Below are positions 1-8,470 of a stretch of DNA of 64,000 bases, piece after piece. Below the pieces are notes generated by a model, which worked only from the letters and a program-made list of their open reading frames with translations, was not told the origin of the DNA and searched no databases. The stretch is from the IMG/VR virus record IMGVR_UViG_3300025018_000001; one strand, given 5' to 3'. Position 1 is the stretch's first letter. Every line of letters starts with the position of its first letter. This DNA comes from a virus (Duplodnaviria; Caudoviricetes). The translations under genes and the position numbers were made by a program.

Positions 1-18
1 AATCACAATAGTCTGTCA

Positions 19-729
19 TCATTTATTTACCTCTATATAGTAACAATCTGGAAAATTATACATAGTGCACCTTCTTCTTATAGTAGCCCTTGAAACACCA
101 AAACATTTTGCAGCCTCTAAGGTAGATGTAAAATATAAGTCATGCACTATACATTTTGTACTATGTGATGGTGGTGCGCCCTTTATATCTTTATTCCAAG
201 GAATGTTACCTTTTTTAAAATCTACTAAGCCAAGTTTTAACCTATCTTTTAGAGTTAGCTTTTTGCCATATAAGTAATTTTTAATTCCGAGCTTTTTACC
301 TTTCTTAGCCTTACTAATGTTTATTTTTTCCTCTTTAGTACGTGGAATATTTTTATTCCATGAGGGTTTACCTTTGAGCTTGGCCTTTATCATATCCATA
401 ACTTCTTTAGGATGTTTTTTACCATACATGTGGTTATCTCTACCATAAAATGTTGGAGGGTTTCCACCACCTTCTGTAATATTATAACAATTAGTATCCT
501 CTAAAAGTTCATCAGTAATAAAGTTCTTTTCAAAAGCATAAGCACTGGCTTCATCATAAAACAAAGCTAGTGTTTCTCGTGTAAAATTATTACGTCCATA
601 CTTTTTTATAGCTTGAAGTATAAGTTTACCAGAACCTAAATACAAAGTAGATTTTTTACTATTCACTTTATGTACACCAATATAGTATTTGTTATTAATA
701 AGATTTGTTGTTTTATATACTAACCACAT
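19..729 (-). CDS. GIY-YIG homing endonuclease (Seg-like) with NUMOD3-type repeats and C-terminal HTH
   Basis: N-terminal 'VYKTTNLINNKYYIGVH...YLGSG' GIY-YIG core, 'HMYGKKH', 'PSWNK', 'PWNK' NUMOD3-like repeats, C-terminal 'FTSTLEAAKCFGVSRATIRRRC' HTH. ATG abuts the stop of the upstream gene. Confidence 0.9.
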   Translation of the reverse strand: MWLVYKTTNLINNKYYIGVHKVNSKKSTLYLGSGKLILQAIKKYGRNNFTRETLALFYDEASAYAFEKNFITDELLEDTNCYNITEGGGNPPTFYGRDNHMYGKKHPKEVMDMIKAKLKGKPSWNKNIPRTKEEKINISKAKKGKKLGIKNYLYGKKLTLKDRLKLGLVDFKKGNIPWNKDIKGAPPSHSTKCIVHDLYFTSTLEAAKCFGVSRATIRRRCTMYNFPDCYYIEVNK

Positions 730-1683
730 TTAAAAGCTATCCTTAAATTTTGACAGTAGAAACATACCACAACTAGCTGCTATTTCAGCACCTGGTGATA
801 TCTGAACCTTTATATTTTTATGTTTTTCATATAAGGTATCTATAATACTATCAAAGTTTTTAGACTCTGTAAAAGTTGTACCATCACACTTATTGAATCG
901 TAAAAGACGCAACTCAATATTATCAAATACATCTAACAAACCTAATAAATAGGTTATGTCAATATCAGAATCGTTCACGCCATCAAAAAACATATGATGT
1001 AGTATAACAGTTATACCTTGTTGTTCTAGTTCTTTAAAATATTGTATGGCACTATATACATCTACTGTATGGGGTATCAACTCTTTTCTAGTACCTTCAA
1101 AAGCACTATGTACGGAATAGAAAATTCTAAAAGGTTGTCTATCAGTACCTTTTACATAATTACGTTTAGGATTTAGATGCATAGCCCAAACACTGTTAGA
1201 TAAAGCTTTTATATAATCAATCTCAGTTGTAGGTATTTTAGGTAAAGTAGTAGCTATGTCAACACCATCTATACCTAAAGACATATCAAATCCTTGTATA
1301 TAACTTGCTATATCTTCAGTTGCATTATATACTAACTCTGTGTCTAAAAAACCATCTCCCATACCCATCCAAGAAAGCTTGGTGTACATCTGTCTTAATT
1401 CAGGTCTTACTGTTAGCTCACTATTTAGTGCTTCTACTACGTTTAAAGCTATAGCTTCTGCGGATAAACGATGATAAGGGCATTTTTTAACTGTTAGGTA
1501 ACAAAACTTACAACCTACAGGACAACCCACAGAGCTACTTATAAATATATTATATTTGTTACCTATATTACCATAACCACCACACCCCACCTCTCCTGGA
1601 GGGGTGGTTTTTATTGCTGTCTCTGAGCCGTCATCATGTACATATTTAGCCACCTGCCCGTTTTTGGTTCTGTATACTTCCAT
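730..1683 (-). CDS. RlmN/Cfr-like radical SAM enzyme (divergent)
   Basis: 'ISSSVGCPVGCKFC' CxxxCxxC, 'MGMGD', 'YSVHS...R..LIP', 'GVND', C-terminal 'IAASCGM' parallel RlmN SSQVGC..C..C, MGMGEP, ISLHA, HVND and IDAACGQ. Confidence 0.85.
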   Translation of the reverse strand: MEVYRTKNGQVAKYVHDDGSETAIKTTPPGEVGCGGYGNIGNKYNIFISSSVGCPVGCKFCYLTVKKCPYHRLSAEAIALNVVEALNSELTVRPELRQMYTKLSWMGMGDGFLDTELVYNATEDIASYIQGFDMSLGIDGVDIATTLPKIPTTEIDYIKALSNSVWAMHLNPKRNYVKGTDRQPFRIFYSVHSAFEGTRKELIPHTVDVYSAIQYFKELEQQGITVILHHMFFDGVNDSDIDITYLLGLLDVFDNIELRLLRFNKCDGTTFTESKNFDSIIDTLYEKHKNIKVQISPGAEIAASCGMFLLSKFKDSF

Positions 1684-1691
1684 AAACCCTC

Positions 1692-2108
1692 CTACATTTT
1701 TTGTATAATAGCACTAACTAATTTACCATCGACAGAGGCACCAAAATGATTTTTTACAATTTTAACCGCTTGCATTTTATTACTAAGTGCAGAAAAATCT
1801 ATAGTGGTTATAAAAGACAACAACTCTTCCTTTGAAATCTGCTTGGGTAAATAGGTGTCAATTAAAGGTTTTAAAGTACTTACTGATGTAGGCACTAACT
1901 CTAGTAGTTTATCTTCACCTGCTACAATTAACTTTAATACGCGAATAGCTTGGTCATCTGATAAAACACTGCCTATGTATTCCTTACCATCTTTGGTACC
2001 TTTAAGTCTAGAAAATTCACCTAAGATATATTTTAAATCATTCGTATTGTCACTATGGGTTTTCATGGCTGTATGTAAGTCTTCTTTAAGTCTATCATGT
2101 AAAATCAT
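1692..2108 (-). CDS. GatB/YqeY domain protein
   Basis: 'LHDRLKEDLHTAMK...LKYILGE' start, 'YLPKQISKEEL', 'MQAVKIVKNHFGASVDGKLVSAII' match the YqeY pattern. Confidence 0.8.
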   Translation of the reverse strand: MILHDRLKEDLHTAMKTHSDNTNDLKYILGEFSRLKGTKDGKEYIGSVLSDDQAIRVLKLIVAGEDKLLELVPTSVSTLKPLIDTYLPKQISKEELLSFITTIDFSALSNKMQAVKIVKNHFGASVDGKLVSAIIQKM

Positions 2109-2127
2109 TTTGGTACCTCCTTGGATA

Positions 2128-2877
2128 CTATTTTAAAACATATCTTTTACTTTGGTCTACATCGAAGTAGTAACGATTACTACCTTCCAAAAATTTATGG
2201 AAGTTAAAAATACCTGTCTTACGATCATACACCATAAGCCAAGCATATACTGGCTTTTCACCACGTATAACCTCTGTTATCATTTTTTTGGCGTAAAGTA
2301 ATTGACGTATAGTAGCATCTTTATCCTCAGAGTTTTTTGCTTCTACAATATGAATACTTTTAGCCCCCTCATAACAACCATCTACTTCTATTTGTACTTT
2401 TTCTACATCAAAGTCCATTTTCCCCAACTTAAATTTAAAAGATGCACGCCTTTTATTTCGTAGGGTCAACGAAACCTTTTCACCAAAACAATCATCCAAT
2501 ATACTATTATAGTGAGCCAAATCCAAGGCCATAGACTCTGTTTTAGACCCCTTAGCGAACCTATCTATAGTAAGTAATCCTTCCATTTTCTTAATTGGAT
2601 ACACACGCATACCAGAAATATCTGGGATTGGTATAAATGGGTTTTCTTTTGTAAGTCTATATTTACCATTTTTAATAGCAAGTACAGAGATATTATTATC
2701 TCGCATAATAGGTGGTTGTTTACTTTTGTTATCCATCTTAGCTAGTAACCTTGATTCTTCTCCTGTAATTTCCTTTAGTGTATCGGAAGTAACGTCAAGG
2801 TAACCATAAGTATTCACATGTTTAACTACATCCAACTGTTCAAAAATACCATTCCATGCCTGTCTAAATTTACTCAT
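2128..2877 (-). CDS. Putative type II restriction endonuclease (PD-(D/E)XK fold)
   Basis: 'QIEVDGCYEG...IHIVEAKN...IRQLLY' PD-(D/E)XK core. The N-terminus 'ESRLLAKMD...P.IMRDNNISVLAI..GKY' resembles, from memory, the DUF6996/DUF6997-type putative REases found next to Dam-like MTases. Directly downstream of the MTase. Confidence 0.6.
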   Translation of the reverse strand: MSKFRQAWNGIFEQLDVVKHVNTYGYLDVTSDTLKEITGEESRLLAKMDNKSKQPPIMRDNNISVLAIKNGKYRLTKENPFIPIPDISGMRVYPIKKMEGLLTIDRFAKGSKTESMALDLAHYNSILDDCFGEKVSLTLRNKRRASFKFKLGKMDFDVEKVQIEVDGCYEGAKSIHIVEAKNSEDKDATIRQLLYAKKMITEVIRGEKPVYAWLMVYDRKTGIFNFHKFLEGSNRYYFDVDQSKRYVLK

Positions 2878-2892
2878 TAAGTTATTCTCCTT

Positions 2893-3732
2893 TTATAAAA
2901 ATAAACCTGTACAACTTCCCTTGTAGTTTCTTATTAGAACTTCTCCTTTATCTTTTCTAGATTTAGCTGATGCACCTACACTGTGATAAACATCTATTGA
3001 ATTTATTTCAAAATCTTTGAATAAGTCTCTAGTTAAAGGTGTATCAGAATTAGATAGCAAAAACTTTGCACCTTGAGCGTCAACCAACTTACAGTAGTCA
3101 ACTATGCGCTCTTGGTCCTGTACTCCAAAACCAGCCGAAGTATAATTTGCAAAATTGGCTGTGTCCGAGTATGGTATATACGGTGGGTCAAGATAAATAA
3201 ATGTGTCTTTATTTACATAGTTTAAAGTCTCATAAAAATCAACATTTAAAATTAACGTTTTACGTAATATTTTAGAGACGCTTAAAATATGTTCTTCTTG
3301 GGGAAAAGTAACTTTGTCATACTTACCATACGGAGTGTTCATTTTTCCTTTGCTATTACTCCTCCATATACCGTTAAAGGCCGTTTTATTGAGATATAAA
3401 AAACGAGCTGCCCTACTTAAACATGATTTTTCATCACGCCAATCAATATCTCTATCTGTGGCTCTAACGATATAATACTCTTCTTCAGAAACTATAAAAA
3501 GTTTTGTTAAATTTAACAACTCTATAGGGTTATCTCTTATTTGTGTATAAAAATTTATAAGCTCCCTGTTAGCATCATTAATGATACCTATATTTGGATT
3601 TATGTAAAAAAATAATGCACCTCCTCCAATGAATGGCTCTATGTAATTTGTATATTCCAAAGGTACATATAGAGATAAGTATCTTATAAGTTTAGTTTTA
3701 CCTCCTACCCATTTTAATAACGGTTTAGGCAT
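2893..3732 (-). CDS. dam: Dam-family N6-adenine DNA methyltransferase
   Basis: 'KPLLKWVGGKT', 'EPFIGGGA', 'INDAN', 'YLNKTAFNG', 'YLDPPY', 'LSNS'. Start set at the ATG (MPKP) overlapping the HNH stop. Confidence 0.92.
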   Translation of the reverse strand: MPKPLLKWVGGKTKLIRYLSLYVPLEYTNYIEPFIGGGALFFYINPNIGIINDANRELINFYTQIRDNPIELLNLTKLFIVSEEEYYIVRATDRDIDWRDEKSCLSRAARFLYLNKTAFNGIWRSNSKGKMNTPYGKYDKVTFPQEEHILSVSKILRKTLILNVDFYETLNYVNKDTFIYLDPPYIPYSDTANFANYTSAGFGVQDQERIVDYCKLVDAQGAKFLLSNSDTPLTRDLFKDFEINSIDVYHSVGASAKSRKDKGEVLIRNYKGSCTGLFL

Positions 3733-4493
3733 TAAAGTCCTCCACATTGTTTAGTTAAATCTTTATGACATATATTACATAATAGTATATGACCAGCAGA
3801 ACTTATTGCATTAGTACCGTATTTGGCCACTTCCAGTGTATGATGCAATTCTACAACATCGCAAGTAGTACCACATTTTTCACAATAGTTATAACCTACC
3901 GCATCTAATTGAAGCTGCTTAAGATGTGTTGTTTGGCACGATCTGGCTTGTTCTTTATCAGAAGTACTTAGGTTAAGTATCGACTCTGGATCTACTAACG
4001 TGGTATTAAAATTGTAAACTTTACAAGATTGTTTGCATTTATCAGAACAATACATATTAGCATAACCACTTGGTGTTTTTATAAAGTTTTTTATTTCTTC
4101 AACTATAGGTGTATATAACTCTTTACAGTGATAACAGTTAATAACTACAAAATCACCCAATAAAGTAGCAGCGTATCCAGGATCTTTATCATTGATTTTT
4201 TCTATAAAATAAGGATTAGTGCATAAAGATCTATTATTAATTTTATTATTAGCATATTTTTTGTCCCTATTCTTTTCAAGATAGTTCTTGTCATATATAA
4301 TTCGTGTAGGTATACGTGAGTCTCTATAAGTTTTTAAACAACTTTTACAATTAGAAACAAGTTTGGTTAAAGAATCCTTACGTATCCCAAAAGCTTCCTT
4401 ATTCTGCACTTTACCACATTTCGAGCATTTTTTATATCCTCGTGCAAGTAAGGCTAAACGTAGCATTTTTTCATATTTTGATATACCAGCCAT
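3732..4493 (-). CDS. HNH endonuclease with N-terminal zinc-binding repeats (probable homing endonuclease)
   Basis: 'CSKCGK...NCKSC', 'CYHC...YCSDKC', C-terminal 'CEKCG...ELHH...LLCNICH' HNH module. Confidence 0.75.
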   Translation of the reverse strand: MAGISKYEKMLRLALLARGYKKCSKCGKVQNKEAFGIRKDSLTKLVSNCKSCLKTYRDSRIPTRIIYDKNYLEKNRDKKYANNKINNRSLCTNPYFIEKINDKDPGYAATLLGDFVVINCYHCKELYTPIVEEIKNFIKTPSGYANMYCSDKCKQSCKVYNFNTTLVDPESILNLSTSDKEQARSCQTTHLKQLQLDAVGYNYCEKCGTTCDVVELHHTLEVAKYGTNAISSAGHILLCNICHKDLTKQCGGL

Positions 4494-4506
4494 AAAATTA
4501 CCTACT

Positions 4507-4536
4507 AGGCAAGGTATAACTAGTTATACCTTGCCT
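4507..4536. other. Perfect 30-bp intergenic palindrome / hairpin
   Basis: aggcaaggtataactagttataccttgcct is its own reverse complement. It lies between the Hc1-like stop and the HNH RBS, with no U-tract on the coding strand. Confidence 0.8.
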
Positions 4537-4547
4537 TAAAATATTTT

Positions 4548-4727
4548 TTATTCTTTTACTGAAAGTTTTCTAAACTCTTTGCCTAACTTTTCAAGGGTTA
4601 GAGTGGCTTTACGTACACGAGCACCGGCTGACTTATTATTCTTATCAGCCCATTTTTCAGCATCTTCATTAATCTCCGCCATAATTCCCATCATCTCTTC
4701 CAAAACAACTTTTGATGTTCTTTCCAT
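4548..4727 (-). CDS. Histone H1-like (Hc1-family) small basic DNA-binding protein, 59 aa (absent from ORF track)
   Basis: Translation MERTSKVVLEEMMGIMAEINEDAEKWADKNNKSAGARVRKATLTLEKLGKEFRKLSVKE*. The 'NKSAGARVRKA...LEK..KEFRK.S' signature matches bacterial Hc1-like proteins. RBS AGAGGT upstream. Confidence 0.85.
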   Translation of the reverse strand: MERTSKVVLEEMMGIMAEINEDAEKWADKNNKSAGARVRKATLTLEKLGKEFRKLSVKE

Positions 4728-4752
4728 TTGTAACCTCTTAATTTATTTTATT

Positions 4753-7323
4753 TTAACTACACCTTGAGTAAGTACATCCTTCTGAAATACATTTTATGCA
4801 CCCCTCTGTAAACATTAAACTATTTTCACCACATTTAGGACATTTATTCTCATCTCCAGTTAATTCATAGGTGCCAACATACTTACCTAAAACTCTAGAG
4901 ATAGCAGTACTAAAATCAGATATACTGCCATTTGTCTTCTTAAGTTGTTCCACAATGTATCTAGGTAGAGCACCATGACGTAAAGCCAAACTTAAGAGTC
5001 TTGTCATACCTTTCTGACCGTCAGTCATTAATATAGAAGCTAAATCCTTATAAATTACGGGAGACCTTCTAATAACTACATCCAATTCGTATCTTCCTTT
5101 ACCTTGTTTGCGTATTATACCATTGTTACAAGTTTTTGGCAAGTATAAATCTTCAGAGTTACCACAAAAAATCTCGTAAGGTTTCCCATCAAGTAATCCT
5201 ACAAGTACCGTCCACATTTCCCCCTTTATAGATGTATAGTAAATGTCACAAGGTAGTTCAGCAGGTCTTTTAGGTGCACAATTAGGCACTATACCTAAAG
5301 GCCTGTCTAATTCAGAGCAACCTCCGGGTTGTTTCTTTTCAAAATTAGCTTCACTGGTTTTTGGGTCTTCGAAAAGTAGAATACCTTCACGAGAACCATC
5401 AACATAAACAGATACTGCCCGCACACCATGATTAAATGCCTCCATATAAATATTTTCTACGTCTTTAATAGTAGATGTAGCTGGTAAATTATATGTGCAA
5501 CTGATTGCAGCGTCTACCCATCTGTATATTCCAGCCATTAATTTAATTTTTTGTAGTGGATCTATATAATGTGCTGGCTTAAAAAACCCTTTAGGTAGAT
5601 TTCTATTAATAATGTCGGCTAATTTAAGACCTATAGCACCATCTTCATCTAACACTGACCCAGGAAAAGCACTTAATAATTGATAGTCATAAGAATCAGC
5701 ATTCAATTTATCCAGTACATAGTTTTTTATTTTATCTGGTATAATAAAATAATGTATATATTTACCTTTGTCAATTGCACGGGTTCTTCTCCAATAATAA
5801 GGGCCTGGGAAAGGTTCTACCCCAGATGAAAAGCAAGGTATTGGAAATGTACTGGACAATGATCCAGTAGGTGCTACTGACATATGTGCCATATTACGCA
5901 TATACTTTACAGCACTATAATCCCCATCAAATAACTCATCTACTACATTTTTAAAATAAGTGGACCCCATAAAAGCCTTTGTATCTGAGACTAAATTAAA
6001 AGCTGGAGCATTCCCCTTCTCTTTACCTAAAGCCATAGATGCTTTAAATACTGCACAAGAGTAATGTTTAAAAAACTCGCCCACATTGGCTATAGCCTCA
6101 TCGGAATCATAAGCTAAATCTTGCTTAAGAAGCCAACCATGAATATTTGTTATACCCATTCCTATTTCTCTAGTTTGTTCCAGAATCCAAGCTTGTTCTT
6201 TCAATGGAGAAAGTTTATTACGCGCTTCATAAGTAATAACATTATCGGACATACGTACCATATATGGTACTATATAAGCTAATTCTTGTGCATACTCCTC
6301 CGCGTTAGTCGAGAACATAGCATTATTCGGTGAAAGAAGATTACATACTCCATAGGGAGGTAAACTTTTTTCAGAGCACGCATTAGTACTAATTATTTTA
6401 AATCGTTTATCACCTGTGTCTAAAAATATTTGATGTACCATAGACCCTTCTCGTAATAGATCTATATATTGTACTCCTGGCTCAGCGTGCTTAAATGCTT
6501 GTTCCGCTATTAAATCAAATAACTCCTTAGCAGGAACAAATTTAGATATTCGTTCATACTTACTACCTTCTTCGAAATCAAAGTACAACTCCCAAGAAGC
6601 ATCTGCCTTAACAGCTTCAATAAATTTATTAGATATTTGAACAGATATATTTGCATTCTCAAGAATACCTTTTTCTGACTTTGCTCTGATAAATTCATAT
6701 ATGTCTGGGTGATGAACCTTAAGACTTACAAGTATAGCAGGTTTCCTACCTTTCTGTCCGACCCATTCTCCATTGTCTACTAACTTACAAATCCAAGGAA
6801 CAGCTCCTGTAGACTCTTCAGCAGCGTTATTAACAGGGGCACCTCTAGGACGTAGCGCAGATGAATCAAAACCCAATCCCTGTCTAAAAGCTGCGCATTT
6901 CATAATATCATAGTCACATTTAGAAATACTTTCCAAACTATCTTCTGCTAAAGGTAATGTGGTACAATTTAATAGTGATTTTAAGCTTGTAGCACCTACA
7001 CCAGCTAATACACTACCTCCTGGTCTAAACCACCCTGACCACATTAAGGCAAACCACAGAGCACAATATTTTTCTTGTAACTCTTCCGTTTCCTCCATAG
7101 CTGCCAAACCGGAAGCTACACGCTGAAAAACATCTGCTGGCGTCTCTATTCTAGCATAAGGAGTATCAGTATCTGTAATTACTTTACCATCTGCATCCCA
7201 CTTTGTACAATACTTTGTGTCAAACATCTTATGCGCATACTCATCATGTGTAAAATAATCTCTACTAGAAATAGTCTTCACATTCTCATATTTTATTACT
7301 TCAAAAATTTCATCTGATAACAT
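4753..7323 (-). CDS. nrdJ: Class II (adenosylcobalamin-dependent) ribonucleotide reductase with fused C-terminal domain
   Basis: 'LLNCTT', 'QGLGFD', 'GRKPA', 'NANISV', 'EPGV', 'STNACSE', 'SVAPTGSLS', 'SSGVEP', 'AISCTYNLP'; C-terminal 'RPAELP...KPYEIF' and 'CPKCGE...EGCIKC'. No intein seen. Confidence 0.92.
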   Translation of the reverse strand: MLSDEIFEVIKYENVKTISSRDYFTHDEYAHKMFDTKYCTKWDADGKVITDTDTPYARIETPADVFQRVASGLAAMEETEELQEKYCALWFALMWSGWFRPGGSVLAGVGATSLKSLLNCTTLPLAEDSLESISKCDYDIMKCAAFRQGLGFDSSALRPRGAPVNNAAEESTGAVPWICKLVDNGEWVGQKGRKPAILVSLKVHHPDIYEFIRAKSEKGILENANISVQISNKFIEAVKADASWELYFDFEEGSKYERISKFVPAKELFDLIAEQAFKHAEPGVQYIDLLREGSMVHQIFLDTGDKRFKIISTNACSEKSLPPYGVCNLLSPNNAMFSTNAEEYAQELAYIVPYMVRMSDNVITYEARNKLSPLKEQAWILEQTREIGMGITNIHGWLLKQDLAYDSDEAIANVGEFFKHYSCAVFKASMALGKEKGNAPAFNLVSDTKAFMGSTYFKNVVDELFDGDYSAVKYMRNMAHMSVAPTGSLSSTFPIPCFSSGVEPFPGPYYWRRTRAIDKGKYIHYFIIPDKIKNYVLDKLNADSYDYQLLSAFPGSVLDEDGAIGLKLADIINRNLPKGFFKPAHYIDPLQKIKLMAGIYRWVDAAISCTYNLPATSTIKDVENIYMEAFNHGVRAVSVYVDGSREGILLFEDPKTSEANFEKKQPGGCSELDRPLGIVPNCAPKRPAELPCDIYYTSIKGEMWTVLVGLLDGKPYEIFCGNSEDLYLPKTCNNGIIRKQGKGRYELDVVIRRSPVIYKDLASILMTDGQKGMTRLLSLALRHGALPRYIVEQLKKTNGSISDFSTAISRVLGKYVGTYELTGDENKCPKCGENSLMFTEGCIKCISEGCTYSRCS

Positions 7324-7335
7324 AGTTACTCCTTA

Positions 7336-7827
7336 TTATCTTATTATCTTGGCATTGCCTACGAATTCATTGACGCCGGTGGAGCCGAAACCGCCCCTGT
7401 CTTCATTTTCTAGCGAGTCAACTTCTACCCAGTTTACATTTGGTTGCTTAAGTACTAATCTACATTGACAAATACGGTCATCTATACTTATTTTTGTATC
7501 TCTCATAGCTAAAGCGGGCATCTTAACTATATCACCATCACCACTATAACTTTCATCTAATACCCCTACAGAGTTTACCTGTATAATACCAAAATTTTTA
7601 AACGTACTTCCTCTAGGTGCAATATGCATTTCATAACCTGCAGGAACTTCAACAGAAATACCTAAATTTATGAATCTAAAATCACCTGCTTTTAAATCTA
7701 GTTCTTCGGCACATCTTAAGTCTGTCCAATCCCCTATGTTAATATTCTGAACCTTTGTTATATCCTTACTATGGTACTTAACTTTCATGTCTAATGGACC
7801 ATGACTACACCCACAAGCTTTATTCAT
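7336..7827 (-). CDS. dut: dUTPase (trimeric type)
   Basis: 'DWTDL', 'IAPRGS', 'GVLDESYSGD', 'RICQ', 'RGGFGSTG'. Confidence 0.93.
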   Translation of the reverse strand: MNKACGCSHGPLDMKVKYHSKDITKVQNINIGDWTDLRCAEELDLKAGDFRFINLGISVEVPAGYEMHIAPRGSTFKNFGIIQVNSVGVLDESYSGDGDIVKMPALAMRDTKISIDDRICQCRLVLKQPNVNWVEVDSLENEDRGGFGSTGVNEFVGNAKIIR

Positions 7828-7829
7828 TA

Positions 7830-8072
7830 TTAATCCTCCACTAAAGTTTCAACATATAGATATTTTTCTCCTGCTTTACATCCTAAAATAACGAACGGAC
7901 TTGTGTTCGTACTAGAATTCTCCCTACCTCTATCAAAATAGAATAAAGCACACCAATTACCACACAACCTGCCACCATATTTTTCTGAGTATGGACAAGC
8001 ACCATTTAAAAAGAATGTTTCTTTTTCTTTTAAAGATGCTAATGCAGTTTCCTCATTTCTATAAACTTTCAT
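7830..8072 (-). CDS. Hypothetical Cys-containing protein
   Basis: ORF with RBS in operon; 'CP...CGNWCALF'. Confidence 0.6.
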   Translation of the reverse strand: MKVYRNEETALASLKEKETFFLNGACPYSEKYGGRLCGNWCALFYFDRGRENSSTNTSPFVILGCKAGEKYLYVETLVED

Positions 8073-8082
8073 AAGCTCACCT

Positions 8083-8466
8083 CTAATTAGTTTTCTCTAT
8101 AAAATTAGCATAAAACTGGGCGCCAATCCACGAAGAACTTTTAGGCACAAAACTGACAACACATATTGGGTCATCTAATTCTGCTCCTTGTTGTTTAACA
8201 AAAATATAGTTTAAATGTATAAAAAAATCTAGGCTTTCGTCATAGAAATTTTTAATTTCCATTTTCATAACATTTTCTAAATATTCAAGACTGACCCCCG
8301 TGAACCTATAGTCCTTAAGTAAGCTTATAGTAGTCTGGTCAGTGAATCCACACAAGTGTGAGTGGTTGTATAAAAGAAGCTCACCACCAATGTCGTCTAT
8401 TATAACATCTTCAGAATATTTAGTCAACAAAACTTTTATATTATTTCCTATAGTAACCATATTCAT
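8083..8466 (-). CDS. Hypothetical protein
   Basis: Fills the gap after polA. Start moved to ATG at 8466, which follows AAGGAA. Confidence 0.6.
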   Translation of the reverse strand: MNMVTIGNNIKVLLTKYSEDVIIDDIGGELLLYNHSHLCGFTDQTTISLLKDYRFTGVSLEYLENVMKMEIKNFYDESLDFFIHLNYIFVKQQGAELDDPICVVSFVPKSSSWIGAQFYANFIEKTN

Positions 8467-8470
8467 TTCC

